Assembly: GCF_006345805.1 (NCBI RefSeq)
Contig: NC_042999.1
Coordinates: 42,408,001-42,472,000 of the forward strand
Direction of reading: 5' to 3'
Length of the DNA: 64,000 bases
From: Octopus sinensis
Lineage: Eukaryota
Part shown: positions 1 through 12,159 of the stretch, piece after piece
How the letters are laid out: the number at the start of each line of letters is the position of its first letter
How positions within the stretch are numbered: the stretch's first letter is position 1
Position numbers and translations under genes: made by a program
Notes under the pieces: model-generated
Told to the model about the DNA's origin: nothing
The model's database searches: none
What the model saw: only the letters and a program-made list of their open reading frames with translations

Positions 1-207
1 GTATTCGTCTTTTGTTTTTATTGTAAATTCTCCCTATTTATATAAATATATATATATATATTATATATATATATATGTATTTGTATAATGCCTTTACTGA
101 TATGTAATGGTGTAATAAAGTATTGTCTGGGTATCATCTGATAGTTGATGTTTTATTGATTTAAGTATGTTTCTCCATTTTCTAATTTTGTAGTATATAT
201 ATATATG

Positions 208-312
208 ACTGGACTGGTGCAGCTTTCGGGCTCCCCAGACCCCAGTTGAACCGTCCAACCCATGCTAGCATGGAAAGCGGACGTTAAATGATGATGATGA
301 TGATGATGATGA
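208..312 (+). mobile_element. 5'-truncated RTE LINE 3' tail ending in (GAT)n
   Basis: Matches the 3' UTR end of the RTE at 7427-9460 (ccgtccaacccatgctagcatggaaagcggacgttaaatgatgat). Confidence 0.8.
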
Positions 313-328
313 TATATATATATTTTTG

Positions 329-2730
329 TTATTTTATTTTATTTTATCTAGTTTCAGCTCACGAGCTGTGGCCATGCTGGGGGCACCGCCATTTGGTGTT
401 GCTACATGATTTTACTTCACGAATGCTTTTTAGCAATTGCCATTTGGTGCATGAGAGAGTTCGATGTAGCTGCCCTCATCTGCACCTCCTGCCATGAAGT
501 TGGTTCATCTGGGACACCTGACAGGAAGAGATCTAGTTTTATTTTAAAGACATCTGCATCCACCCCATGCAGGTCTCTCAGGTTCTTCGGGAGGATATTG
601 AAGAGTTGTGGGCCTCTGAAGCCCAGGCTATCACAGTATCTTGTCCTACATCTTCATGGCAAATTTGAAGTCCTTGGCACTATGCAGTGGTACCCAGTTC
701 TGGCATTTGTGTAACTCTTGATGCCAAAGTTTGGGACAAGTCCTTCAAGGATCTTCCAGATGTATATTATGGCATATCTCTCTCGCCTATGCTCTAAGGA
801 ATAGAGTCTTAATCTCTTGAGTCTTTCCCAGTAGCTTATATGCTGCACAGAGGCTATCTTCTTCATGTAGCTTCGTTGGATCGCCTCAAGTTCCATGATT
901 AACTTGACACTGGATAGTGACCATAGCTGAGAGCAATAGTCAAAGTGGCTTAGGACAAGTGTCCTCCAGAGGACCATCATGGTTTCCTGGTCTCTTGTTC
1001 TAAAGGTTCTAAGAATCCATCCGGTCAGCCGCCTACATTTCATTGCCAATTTAGCAACATGCACATGAAAGGTTGCATCATCACTCATGTAAATGCCCAG
1101 GTCTCGCACTGATTGTGCTTCTGGGATTGCAATCCCTCCAGGTCCAGTGTATTTATTGGGTATTGCATTTAGTTTTGCATGCTGATAGCATAAAGCTTGA
1201 AACTTTTCAGCATTGAACTGCATGTTATTCTTTTCAGCCCATTTGTATATTTTGTCCAGCTCACATTGCAGGTGCTTAGTGTTTTCAGGGTTCTGTATTG
1301 CCTGTGAAACTTTTGTATCATCTGCATAACTTGTGATCGTGGCTCTCTGCGTGGCTGAGGGCATGTCTGAGAGGGCCATTATGAACAGTAGTGGTCCAAA
1401 AACAGTGCCTTGCGGAACACTGCTCACTATTTGCGTGTTAATGGAAGTGGCCCCATTGGCTACTACCACCTGACTTCTATCCTTCAGAAAGTCATGAAGC
1501 CATTCTCCCAATTTTCCAACTATGCCAAGATCACGCAGTTTGTGACATATCATTCCATGATCGACTTTATCAAAGGCCTTTGCAAAGTCGAGATATATGA
1601 CTTCCACATTTGAGTGGTTGAGCAGTCGTTTCAGCACCCAGTCATAGTGTTGTAGGAGCTGAGTTAAGCAGCTTCTTCCTCGTCGGAAACCATGTTGGGT
1701 GTCAGGCAGCAAGTCATTTTCTTCAAGGAAGGTGATTAGTTTCCTTCTGACTATTCGTTCCATGACCTTGCTGATGTGTGAGGTCAGAGACATAGGTCTG
1801 TAGTTCTTGGCCTCCGCTCTGCTACCTCCTTTATGAATAGGGCATATTTTACCTTCTTTCAGTTTTCTTGGAAGTTTACCAGTTGCAAGGAAGCTCTGAA
1901 AGAGGAACTGCAGTGGTCTTGCTAGGACTCTCTTACATACTTGTAGAAGGATTGCTGGGAATCCATCGGGGCCAGTAGCTGAGTTTGTTTTCATTTCAGC
2001 TATAGCCTTTATTACATCATCTTTCTTTATATTAATGTAATCAATCATCGCTGCCTCTGATTTTATATCTGCAGTGGTAAAGAACTCAGTTGGATTGCTG
2101 ACTTGAAATGCCCTAGGGGTGGAGTGAAAATACTCTTGAATTGCTCATTTAGTATTTCACTTATCCTCATTGGATTTCCTGTGAGTGTGCCATCCTTTTC
2201 AAGGAGTGGCCCTATCCTACAGTGCACCGGAGCTGTTTCTTTGGCATACCTGTAGAAAGCTCTGGCGTTAGATTTTATGTTGCTTCTTTGTCTGCTCTTT
2301 CATTTTCATGGGAGAGTTGCAGACATTTTTCAATTTCTAACAGTTTTATTTTCAGGCGGGACTTTTCACTGCTTTCAATTTGTTTGTTTAGGTGATTTGA
2401 AACTTTTGTACGGCATCTCATTAGAATTTTCCTCTCTCTAGTGATTTTGTTCTTGTGTACAGAGGCCTTTCTCTCTGGGACACATTTGTAGCATATGGCT
2501 TGCATTACAGACATGAATTGTTGAAGTTTCATGTCGATGTCTGGAGAGGAGAGACATTCAGGCCAATTTCGTTTGAGGATCTCTTTCTCAATTTGTTTCC
2601 AGTTTGACTTATGGAAGTTCAAGCTGGAAAGATTCTGAGAGTTTCTTGTAGGCTGCATGTCCATGCTTTCCTTTGGCCTGTACATGGTCAGCTCTACCAT
2701 GTTGTGATCCGAGAGTAGTGTCGGATCACA
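329..2730 (-). mobile_element. 5'-truncated, decayed CR1/L2-group LINE (ORF2 with reverse transcriptase)
   Basis: ORF 654-2048 has RT motifs YRPMSLTS, QHGFRRGRSC, YLDFAKAFDKVDH, VPQGTVFGPLLF, YADDTK. Upstream ORF2 part at 2275-2700 is joined via frameshifts near 2100-2220. Premature TGA at 654-656; frame reads on to a stop near 417. Short 3' UTR and (TAAAA)n tail at 329-350. Confidence 0.9.
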
Positions 2731-2899
2731 TATATAATTATATATATAAGTATATATAGTTATAATTAAGGGTGTCTAAAAGATACCACCATGCTAGATA
2801 TAACAGCCAAAACTTGACTCTAAAGCCACATTAAACGTTCATAAAACGCCAGAATAGAAGACAAAGACACAAAATAAACTCACAAAAAATTATTGGATA

Positions 2900-2957
2900 A
2901 TTCCAGATCCTGGATTTCTGGCTTTCAATAAGAAATGCTTTGCCTCATCAGTGGAAT
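2900..2957 (-). ncRNA. Minimal type-I hammerhead ribozyme motif
   Basis: Minus strand ATTCCA CTGATGA GGC..GCC A GAAA TCCAGGA TC / TGGAAT: 6-bp stem I, intact core, AUC triplet, one extra A before GAAA. Confidence 0.65.
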
Positions 2958-3000
2958 ACACACAAAATAGTGTATAAATACAAACACATACATATATATA

Positions 3001-3048
<48 letters not shown>

Positions 3049-3302
3049 AACTTATAAATAAGGGAAAACGAAAAAATTTCTAATGCCAAATATGCCGAAC
3101 AATTGGACATTATTGTCCATTACCATATAATTTTTCACAATACGCATGCTACTCAAACACAACACATGAATACTTACATGTATGCACACATATATATGCA
3201 CATATGCACACGACCAGTTTAAATTGCCTGCCTAAACTCCTCGCGCGATATGGTCAAAATACCACCGCAATCGATAAATGACGAAGTAAATGTATAAATT
3301 TT

Positions 3303-3338
<36 letters not shown>

Positions 3339-3398
3339 CACACACACACATATATAAACATATGTATATGTGTATGTATATATATATATATATGTATG

Positions 3399-3465
<67 letters not shown>

Positions 3466-3467
<2 letters not shown>

Positions 3468-3983
3468 GGTGGCTGCCCCCTCATTATCGAGTATGGCCAT
3501 TGCACGAAGCTTAATCAATGTTGTAATCGTGCAATGCCTGTGCAAGAAGATTTTTTTTTAAAGTGAGGAAAGGCTGTGCACTGAGTCAATCCCACTCACT
3601 AAGCAAAGCAGCCATAATCCGAAAAGAAGAGCAAGTCAACATCATCGGTAACCACTGAGCCACAGGTTTTATGTCAGAGTTATCCCAGTTACCTGAGTTA
3701 CCTTCTCCTAGAAGGATGCCCTAACAAAGGCTAGGAGTTCTTCACTTCCAATGGTTTAATAGCGCGATCGGGTATTCAATCCGATTATTTCTATGTCCCC
3801 GCGCATGATACAGCCTTAAGACATTTATTGGATGGCCGTTGACTCTCAAGAGTTCCTTCGCTCTTTGATGGGTTTTGTTTTTCATCCTGCAGGGTGACCA
3901 ATAAACACCGTCCTCACCAAGCAAGCTTGGTGGGGTCGCCGGTTTAGTTGCCGACGACCCGACCATGCAACAGGTTGTAATGG
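3466..3983 (-). mobile_element. Probable non-autonomous RTE-derived element
   Basis: CpG-rich, flanked by (TA)n. Contains ...catccttctaggagaaggtaactc..., which resembles RTE 5' UTR motifs from memory, plus hairpins near the 5' end; no coding capacity. Confidence 0.45.
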
Positions 3984-4214
3984 ATATATATATGTATATA
4001 TATATATATATGTATGCATATCTATACATCTATGCATATACATACTTGTGTGTGTGCATGTATGTGTGTGTGTGTGTGACAGCATGGTTAGATTGTGCTG
4101 ATAGTGGTGGAGCTGTTCTGTATTTGAGGAAATGTTAGCTGTGTAGCATGGAGTGCATGAGTGTTGCAAAGAATACGAGTTATAAAAGCTGTAGTAACTA
4201 GCAGCATCTGATCT

Positions 4215-4550
4215 TGATGATGATGATGATGATGGTGATGAGAATGGTGAGGCAGAGGAGGAGGATTTTTATCATCATCATCATCATTAGCATTATCATC
4301 ATCATCGTTGTCATCATCATTATCATTACCATTACCATCATAAGAATTGTGGTGATGTCGATGGAGACAGAGAGTTAGCTAATAATTGACTGTATCAGAG
4401 ATGACGTCACAGTTGATGATAATGATGATGATGATGATAGCTGTGGTGGTAGTGGTAGTTTATGATATAGCATTAACACAGCATGACAACATTTGGAATA
4501 GCAATAATGTTGATGTTGTTGTTGCTGTTGTTGTTGTTGTTGCTATCCTT
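4215..4550. repeat. (GAT)n/(CAT)n/(GTT)n low-complexity region
   Basis: Direct reading. Confidence 0.85.
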
Positions 4551-4852
4551 GTTGTTTAATCACAGGTGAACTCTGATAGAGCAAACTTATGACCGAAAGC
4601 ATTCAAGCCATGACACCTAATTTTTTTCTCTTACTGTGGATTTCATTATCTAACACATACATGCCTGAAACACTAAGGTATGATTTGAGGGATACTTAAC
4701 TGCTATTTCTAGCAAGACAAGCAACCATATAGAAGACCTTCCATTCATCATCATCCTCATCCTCATCATCATCATCATTTAACGTCATCTTTCCATGCTA
4801 GTATGGGCTGGACGATCATGTTTAAACGGTGCTTTTTACATGTCACCGGCAC

Positions 4853-5628
4853 ATTGGCTCGCAATATTGGGTCCAAATACTGAGGTATGAGTTGACGGAT
4901 ATTTAACTGCTATTTCTAGCACGGCAAGCAACCACATAGAAGACCTTCCATTGGCTCGCAATATTGGGTTCAAATACTGAGGTATGAGTTGAGGGATATT
5001 TAACTGCTATTTCTTGCACGGCAAGCAACCACATAGGAGACCTTCCATTGGCTTTCAATATTGGGTTCAAAAACTGAGGTATGAGTTGACGGATATTTAA
5101 CTGCTATTTCTTGCAAGGCAAGCAACCACATAGAAGACCTTTCATTGGCTCGCAATATTGGGTTCAAATACTGAGGTATGAGTTGAGGGATATTTAACTG
5201 CTATTTCTTGCACGGCAAGCAACCACATAGGAGACCTTCCATTGGCTTTCAATATTGGGTTCAAAAACTGAGGTATGAGTTGACGGATATTTAACTGCTA
5301 TTTCTTGCAAGGCAAGCAACCACATAGAAGACCTTTCATTGGCTCGCAATATTGGGTTCAAATACTGAGGAATGAGTTGAGGGATATTTAACTGCTATTT
5401 CTAGCACGGTAGGCAACCACATAGGAGACCTTCCATTGGCTCGCAATATTGGGTTCAAAAACTGAGGTATGAGTTGAGGGATATTTAACTGCTATTTCTC
5501 GCAAGGCAAGCAACCACACAGAAGTCCTTCCATTGGCTCGCAATATTGGGTTCAAACACTAAGATATGATTTGAGGCATATTTAACTTCTATTTCTGGCA
5601 AAGCAAGCAACCACATAGGAGACCTTCT
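4853..5628 (+). repeat. 97-bp minisatellite, 8 units
   Basis: Unit starts at 4853, 4950, 5047, 5144, 5241, 5338, 5435, 5532; units 2+3 are identical to units 4+5. Confidence 0.95.
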
Positions 5629-5639
5629 GTTGGCTCACA

Positions 5640-5862
5640 ATACCAGGTTCAAGATTTGGCACAAGGCCAGTAATTTCAGTCGGTGGGTATTTTGCTTACC
5701 CGGACCCTAGGGCTTAAACGATACTTGTTTTATTAAGCCCAAGAGAATAAAAAGGCAAGTCTGTGGAATTTCAACTCAGAACATTAAGAGGGACGAAATG
5801 TTGTTCAGCATTTGGCCGGATGGGTGCTAACAATTCTGCCAGCTTGCCGCCTTATTGGCTCA
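5640..5862 (-). mobile_element. Degenerate SINE family D (ggcggcgagctggcagaatcgttagcac head)
   Basis: Homologous to copies at 21300-21495 and 22098-22470. Confidence 0.6.
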
Positions 5863-5879
5863 TTATATTACTATTACTC

Positions 5880-6576
5880 AATGGTAGTTATGGTGGTGGT
5901 TGTGTTGGTGGTGGTGGTGGTGGTGGAGATGGTGGTGGGTTTTTATAGTCCACATGTTTATGATGATGATGATGATGATGATGAGGAGGAGGAGGAGGAG
6001 GAGGAAGACAATGAAAACGGTGATAATGGTGTTGATAATGATGTTGGTGATGTAGAGGAAGATGATGACGATGATGATGATGACGATGATGGTGACGGTG
6101 GTGATGGTGATGACGATTGTCATCATCATCATCATCACCATCACCATCCCAATCATCATCAGCTTGGTATTCATGGTGCAAACAATGCTGAGTATTTTCG
6201 CTGTGTATGTCTTGATGATGATGATGATGAGGAGGAGGAGGAGAATGATAACAGTGATGATGATGATGACAATAGTGATAACAATGATAATGATGATGAT
6301 GATAATGATGATGATGATGATGATGATGATGACCATCGTCCTTATCTTAATCAGACTGGTATTTCTGATGAAAACGATGCTGAGTATCTTTACGGTGTAT
6401 GTCCTGATGACGATGATGATGGTGTTGATGATGATGACGACGAAGATGATGATGATGATGATGATGATGATGACCATCATCCTTATCTTAATCAGACTGG
6501 TATTTCTGATGAAAACGATGCTGAGTATCTTCACGGTGTATGTCCTGATGACGATGATGATGACGATGATGATGAC

Positions 6577-6613
<37 letters not shown>

Positions 6614-6815
6614 GTGATGATGATCATGACAAAAATGATGATGATGATGATGATGACCATCGTCCTTATCTTAATCAGATTGGTATTTCTGATGAAAACG
6701 ATGCTGAGTATATGTCCTGATGACGATGATGATGACGATGATGACAATGATGATGACAATGATGATAATGATGATGATGATGATCATGATCATGATGATC
6801 ATGATGAAAATTAAG
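5880..6815. repeat. Compound (GAT)n array with a ~75-bp unique core repeated three times plus one diverged copy
   Basis: Core gaccatcgtccttatcttaatcagactggtatttctgatgaaaacgatgctgagtat... at 6331, 6472 and 6655; diverged copy near 6145. Confidence 0.9.
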
Positions 6816-7029
6816 ATGATGTGCTTGTGCATAGATGTGTGTCTCTGTGCATGTGTGTGTGTGTGTGTGTGTGCGTGTGAGTGTGTGAGTGTATGAGCAT
6901 AATGTTGGGACGGAGTAAAGGAAAGAGAAGAGATAAAAAGAGAGAGACAGAAAAGCATGGGAGAGAGAGAAAGTGAGATAGACAGCCAGACAGAGAGAGG
7001 GAAAAAAGAGAGACTAAGCAAGACTAAGA

Positions 7030-7081
<52 letters not shown>

Positions 7082-7426
7082 GATTTTTGATTGGCAGTAA
7101 TTTTTGCTGGCAAGTCCTCTTTGTGCCACCCAACCTGTCCTCTCCTGCCGCAAACAATCACCACCTTCAGAGAAATAATTGAATTCAGCCATGTACATAA
7201 TTGTACAGCAGCAACGAGATGGAATGTAGCAAGAATCGACAATCTTACTGCAGTCTAAGATGGGAATTTTACTGGTGGTTGATGTCGTATGTATGTGCAC
7301 ATGTATAATGTGTGTGTGTTTGTGTGTTTGTGTGTGTGTGTGTCTGTGTGTGAATATTTATATGTGTGTATATGTATGTGTATTTGTGAATATTTTTATA
7401 TATGTGTGTGTTTGGGAATATTAATA

Positions 7427-9460
7427 TAGAGGTATCAAATAACTACAGAGGTATCAAGCTGTTGGACCAGGTGATGAAGGTTACGGAGAGGGTCATAGCC
7501 CAACTAATTAGAGAGAGAGTTAGTTTAGATGAGATGCAGTTTGGGTTTGTGCCAGGGAAAAGTACTACTGATGCTATATTCCTGGTAAGGCAGCTGCAGG
7601 AGAAATACCTAGCCAAAGATAAGCCCCTGTACCTGGCTTTTGTTGACATGGAGAAAGCCTTCGACAGGGTCCCCCGATCCCTTATCTGGTGGGCAATGAG
7701 AAAACTAGGGATAGATGAATGGTAGTGAGAGCTGTGCGGGCCATGTATAGGGACGCCGCTAGTAGGGTGAGGGTTGGAAATGAGTACAGTGAAGAATTCC
7801 GGGTAGAGGTAGGGGTCCACCAAGGCTCAGTACTCAGCCCCCTCCTATTTATCATAGTCCTCCAGGCAATAACGGAGGAATTCAAGACAGGATGCCCTTG
7901 GGAGCTCCTCTATGCTGATGACCTTGCTCTAATTGCTGAGTCGCTATCAGAACTGGAGGAGAAGTTTCAGGTGTGGAAACAAGGATTAGAATCGAAGGGT
8001 CTCAGAGTCAATCTAGCTAAAACCAAAGTCGTAATCAGTAGGAAGGTAGACAAATCACAAACACCTTCAGGTAGATGGCCCTGCTCGATCTGTAGAAAAG
8101 GTGTAGGTAGAAACTCTATAAGATGCACCAAGTGTAAGCTATGGACACATAAGAGATGCAGCAATGTCAAAGGAAGGCTAACTAGGAAGATGGTTTTTGT
8201 ATGTGGCAGATGCTCAGGAACAATAAACACTGAAAATGCTCTGAGACCAACTTCCGTCACTTCCAGGGAGAAAAACTAGAAATAGTTGATAGTTTCCGTT
8301 ACCTAGGTGACCAAGTCAGCAGCGGGGGCGGGTGTGCTGAAAGTGTAACTGCTAGAGTAAGAATAGCTTGGGCAAAGTTCAGAGAGCTCTTACCTCTGCT
8401 GGTGACAAAAGGCCTCTCGCACAGAGTGAAAGGCAGACTGTATGATGCGTGTGTACGAACAGCCATGCTACATGGCAGTGAAACATGGGCCGTGACTGCT
8501 GAGGATATGCGTAAGCTCGCTAGAAATGAAGCCAGTATGCTCCGATGTATGTGTAATGCCGGTACTCACACTCGGCAGAGTGTAAGTACCTTGAGAGAAA
8601 AGCTGGACCTAAGAAGCATCAGTTGTGGTGTGCAAGAGAGACGTTTGCGCTGGTATGGTCATGTGGCGAGAATGGTTGAAGATAGTTGTGTGAAAAAGTG
8701 CCACACCCTAGCGGTTGAGGGAACCTGTGGAAGAGGCAGACCCAGGAAAACCTGGGACGAGGTGGTGAAGCACAACCTTCGAACTTTAGGTCTCACTGAG
8801 GAAATGACTAGAGACCGAGACCTCTGGAAGTGTGCTGTGCGCGAGAAGACCCGGCAGGACAAGTGAGTCCACAACCCGTGGCCTTCTACATGGGATGGAG
8901 CCAGCCTACGTATGCATACCTTCCCTTCTTGGGACACAAAACTCTACTTGTGAAGACGTGTTGAGGCAAGTGAGGATCAGAATCGAAATCGATCAATGGA
9001 AATTGCGGATGTGCTACCAGTGCCGGTGGCATGTCGAAACTCTGCTTGTGAAGACCCATTGAGGCAAGTGAGGATCAGAATCGAAATCGATCAATGGAAA
9101 TTGCAGATGTGTTACCAGTGCCGGTGGCATGTAAGAGAACTTTCCGTTCGCGACCGTTGCCAGCACCGCCCCGTTTCGTGTCCGTTGCCAGCCTCGCCTG
9201 GCCCTCGTGCCAGTGGCACATAAAAAGCACCATCCGTTCGTGGCTGTTTGCCAGCTCTGTCTGGCACCAGTGCGGGTGGCACGTAAAAAGCACCCACTAC
9301 ACTCACGGAGTGGTTGGCGTTAGGAAGGGCATCCAGCCGTAGAAACACTGCCAGATTTGACTGGGCCTGATGAAGCCTTCTGGCTTCACAGACCCCAGTA
9401 GAACCGTCCAACCCATGCTAGCATGGAAAACGGACGCTAAATGATGATGATGATGATGAT
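7427..9460 (+). mobile_element. 5'-truncated RTE-clade LINE with frameshifts
   Basis: ORFs 7402-7725, 7719-8279 and 8402-8866 carry NYRGIKLL, QFGFVPGKSTTDAIF, FVDMEKAFDRVP, GVHQGSVLSPLLF, YADD and GRPRKTW. ~580-bp 3' UTR ends in (GAT)n. Confidence 0.95.
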
Positions 9461-9678
9461 GATATGTGTATGTGTATGTATTTGTGAATATTTATATACA
9501 TATATGTGTGTGTGTGTCTGTGTGTGAATATTTATGTGTGTGTGTGTGTATCTGTGAATATTTTTATATATGTGTGTGTTTGTGCGTGAGTGTGTGTTTG
9601 GGAATATTTATATATATATATATATATATGTGTATGTATTTGTGAATATTTATATACATATATGTGTGTGTGTGTGTA

Positions 9679-9715
<37 letters not shown>

Positions 9716-9940
9716 CATATATATATCATCATCCTCATCATCACCATCATCATCATCATCATCTGTGTCATCATCATCGTCATTGAACGTCTGTTTTCCA
9801 TACAGGCATGGGTCAGACAAAGAAAGTAGACCATCCACCAAATTCACATACACACACACAAAGACACACATACACATACATATACATATGCACACACACA
9901 CACACAATGTATGTAGGCATGTGCACGTATCAATGCATGT

Positions 9941-9982
<42 letters not shown>

Positions 9983-10553
9983 ATATGTCTGCATAAGTAT
10001 GCGTATGTGTTTGTAGGTTGATAGATGGTCAGTGGATAGCAGAGAAGAAGAAAAGACTGTTGCATGGGCGATGAAGAGAAGGAGAAACAAGAAGGGGTGA
10101 GAGGGGGAGGCAGAAGCGGGGAGGAGGAAGGGGTGGCATGAACAGGAGGAAGAGGCGGAAGAGGTGGAAGAGGAGGAGGAGGAGAAATTATGGTGGTGGG
10201 AGTGAGTAAATAGATTCGTATGTTCCTTGTGGTGGTGGTGGTGATGTCGGGGGGTGGTGGTAGTGGTTATTTTTGGCAGTCAGCAGCAGCAGTTGAAGTA
10301 GTAGTACTAATAGTAGTAGTAGTAGTAGCAGCAATAGTAATAGTAGTGTCTCATCACCTGTCATACTCAGGATGGCTCTGGTTTGTTTTGTTTTTGTAGT
10401 TTCTTTCCCACTTTATTCCATAACACACACACACATACACACACACACACACACACACATGCACACACACGTAGCTTTTTGTTTTATTTTACATCATCAT
10501 TATAGTTATTTTTTATTTATAAAAGTGCTTTGACTTAGTGTGTATGCATTTAT

Positions 10554-10607
<54 letters not shown>

Positions 10608-10619
10608 GTATATATATTC

Positions 10620-10818
10620 TTTTATTCTTTTACTTGTTTCAGTCATTTGACTGTGGCCATGCTGGAGCACCGCCTTTAGTCGAACAAGTCAATCCCAGGA
10701 TTTATTCTTTGTAAGCCTAGTACTTATTCTATTGGTCTTTTTTGCCGAACCGCTAAGTTACAAGGATGTAAACACACTAACATTTGTTGTTAAGAGTTGC
10801 TAGGACAAACACAGGCAC

Positions 10819-10822
<4 letters not shown>
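10620..10822 (-). mobile_element. SINE family A, 3' half
   Basis: Tail ggcggtgctccagcatggccacagtcaaatgactgaaacaag on the minus strand. Confidence 0.8.
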
Positions 10823-10857
<35 letters not shown>

Positions 10858-10859
<2 letters not shown>

Positions 10860-11079
10860 TGTAAATGTAATATGCGACAATTATTCGGTAGCCACAATAA
10901 AACTCCGAGTTTTGGATGTTGGGGTGGAAATCCACGCCGCCATCTCTTCAGTTATCTGGCCTTTTTTTTTCCGATGTCTGGATAACTGAAGAGATAGTGC
11001 CGTGGATTTCCACCCTGACATCCAAAACTTGAAGTTTTATCATGGCTACCGAATAATTGTCAAATATTACATTTACAGA
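10858..11079. repeat. Fold-back element (~100-bp arms) with degenerate hammerhead motifs in both arms
   Basis: Arms 10858-10959 and 10981-11079 are reverse complements; CTGAAGA GAT..ATC C AAAAC..GT T TTAT, with G12 changed to A. Confidence 0.8.
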
Positions 11080-11244
11080 TAAATTCCTCTATTTGCATAA
11101 TATTTAGGTCTCTTTCATTCTTTTGTTGTCTTGCCATTTCTATCAATATATATATATATATATGTAGGTCCCGGGTTGAGTCGGGGTTAACCACAGTAAA
11201 TAAGGTACTCAATACATAGCAGAGTAAATTAATATATATATATA

Positions 11245-11660
11245 CAATGGACTTCTTTCAGTTTCCATCAACTAAATCCACTGATAAGGCTTTGGTCAGC
11301 CCAAAATATAGTAGAAGACACTTGGCCAAGGTGCCATGCAGTGAGACTGAACCCAGAATCATGCGGTGGGAAGCAAGCTTCTTACCGTCATTTAACATCT
11401 GTTTTCCATGCTGGCATGAGTTGGACGGTTTGACTGGAACTGGCCAGCTGGGGTGCTGCCCAGGTTCTAATTGTCTATTTTGGCATGGCTTCTGCAGCTT
11501 CATGTCCCTTCAAACACCACCTTTTTCACAGCATGCATCGGGTGCTTTTCACGTCATACCAGCATGGGCACATTTATATGTAGGCAGCACCAGCATGAGT
11601 GATTTTATATGGCACTGTATGAGTATTTTTATGTGGTACCAGAATGAGTATTTTTCACGT
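11245..11660 (-). mobile_element. SINE A 5' part plus degenerate RTE 3' tail
   Basis: Homology to other copies in the window. Confidence 0.6.
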
Positions 11661-12159
11661 GATACCAGCACCCATGAGCCCTCATAAATAAGGATCTTTT
11701 GACTGAAAAAGGGACATAGAGGACATGCCTATATGTAGAGACAGTCAGAGTTTTACTTCACTTAATGTCTTCTCAAGCACAGCTACTTACAGAAGATCGG
11801 CCATTGACTTTTCTACATTGTTCACTCGGGGCTATCATTCTGCTTCTCTCTACCCTACTTCAGCATCCTATCTTCTTTCCCTGAGGGAAGGCCGTCGTTT
11901 CCCAGGTCTTGTTGATTTTGAATCACATCAATCCTTTTGTAATTGTAATTTTTCCTGGCTAGAGGTGCTGGCCCAACACAAGCCCATTTATATCTCTGAA
12001 CAGAGGTGGTCTCTATCAGCCTAGCCTCTATCCACTGACCTAGCTCAGGAGGTCCTGCTAAGCACTTGCATTCTGATGGCTTAGCTCCCAGAGTCATTGA
12101 GGCATACAAGCCACTACACCTTAGGGTGGATGTATTCATATCAGTTTCCCTTTACTCTT

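Noticed and set aside
2925-3566. Many overlapping ORFs rich in Y/I/H/T/V/C (also 9570-10090, 19389-19949, 35570-36941, 39705-40494, 42405-42807)
   Set aside because: Translations of (TA)n, (CA)n and (TACA)n microsatellites, which lack stops by construction
4853-5628. CRISPR-like array
   Set aside because: Whole 97-bp units repeat with no unique spacers; eukaryotic context and no cas genes
6360-6380. CTGATGA inside the Asp-repeat core
   Set aside because: No stem II, downstream GAAA or stem III; not a hammerhead
9367-9395. CTGATGA in RTE tails (gggcctgatgaagccttctggcttc)
   Set aside because: No GAAA core follows; other copies read ctggtgca
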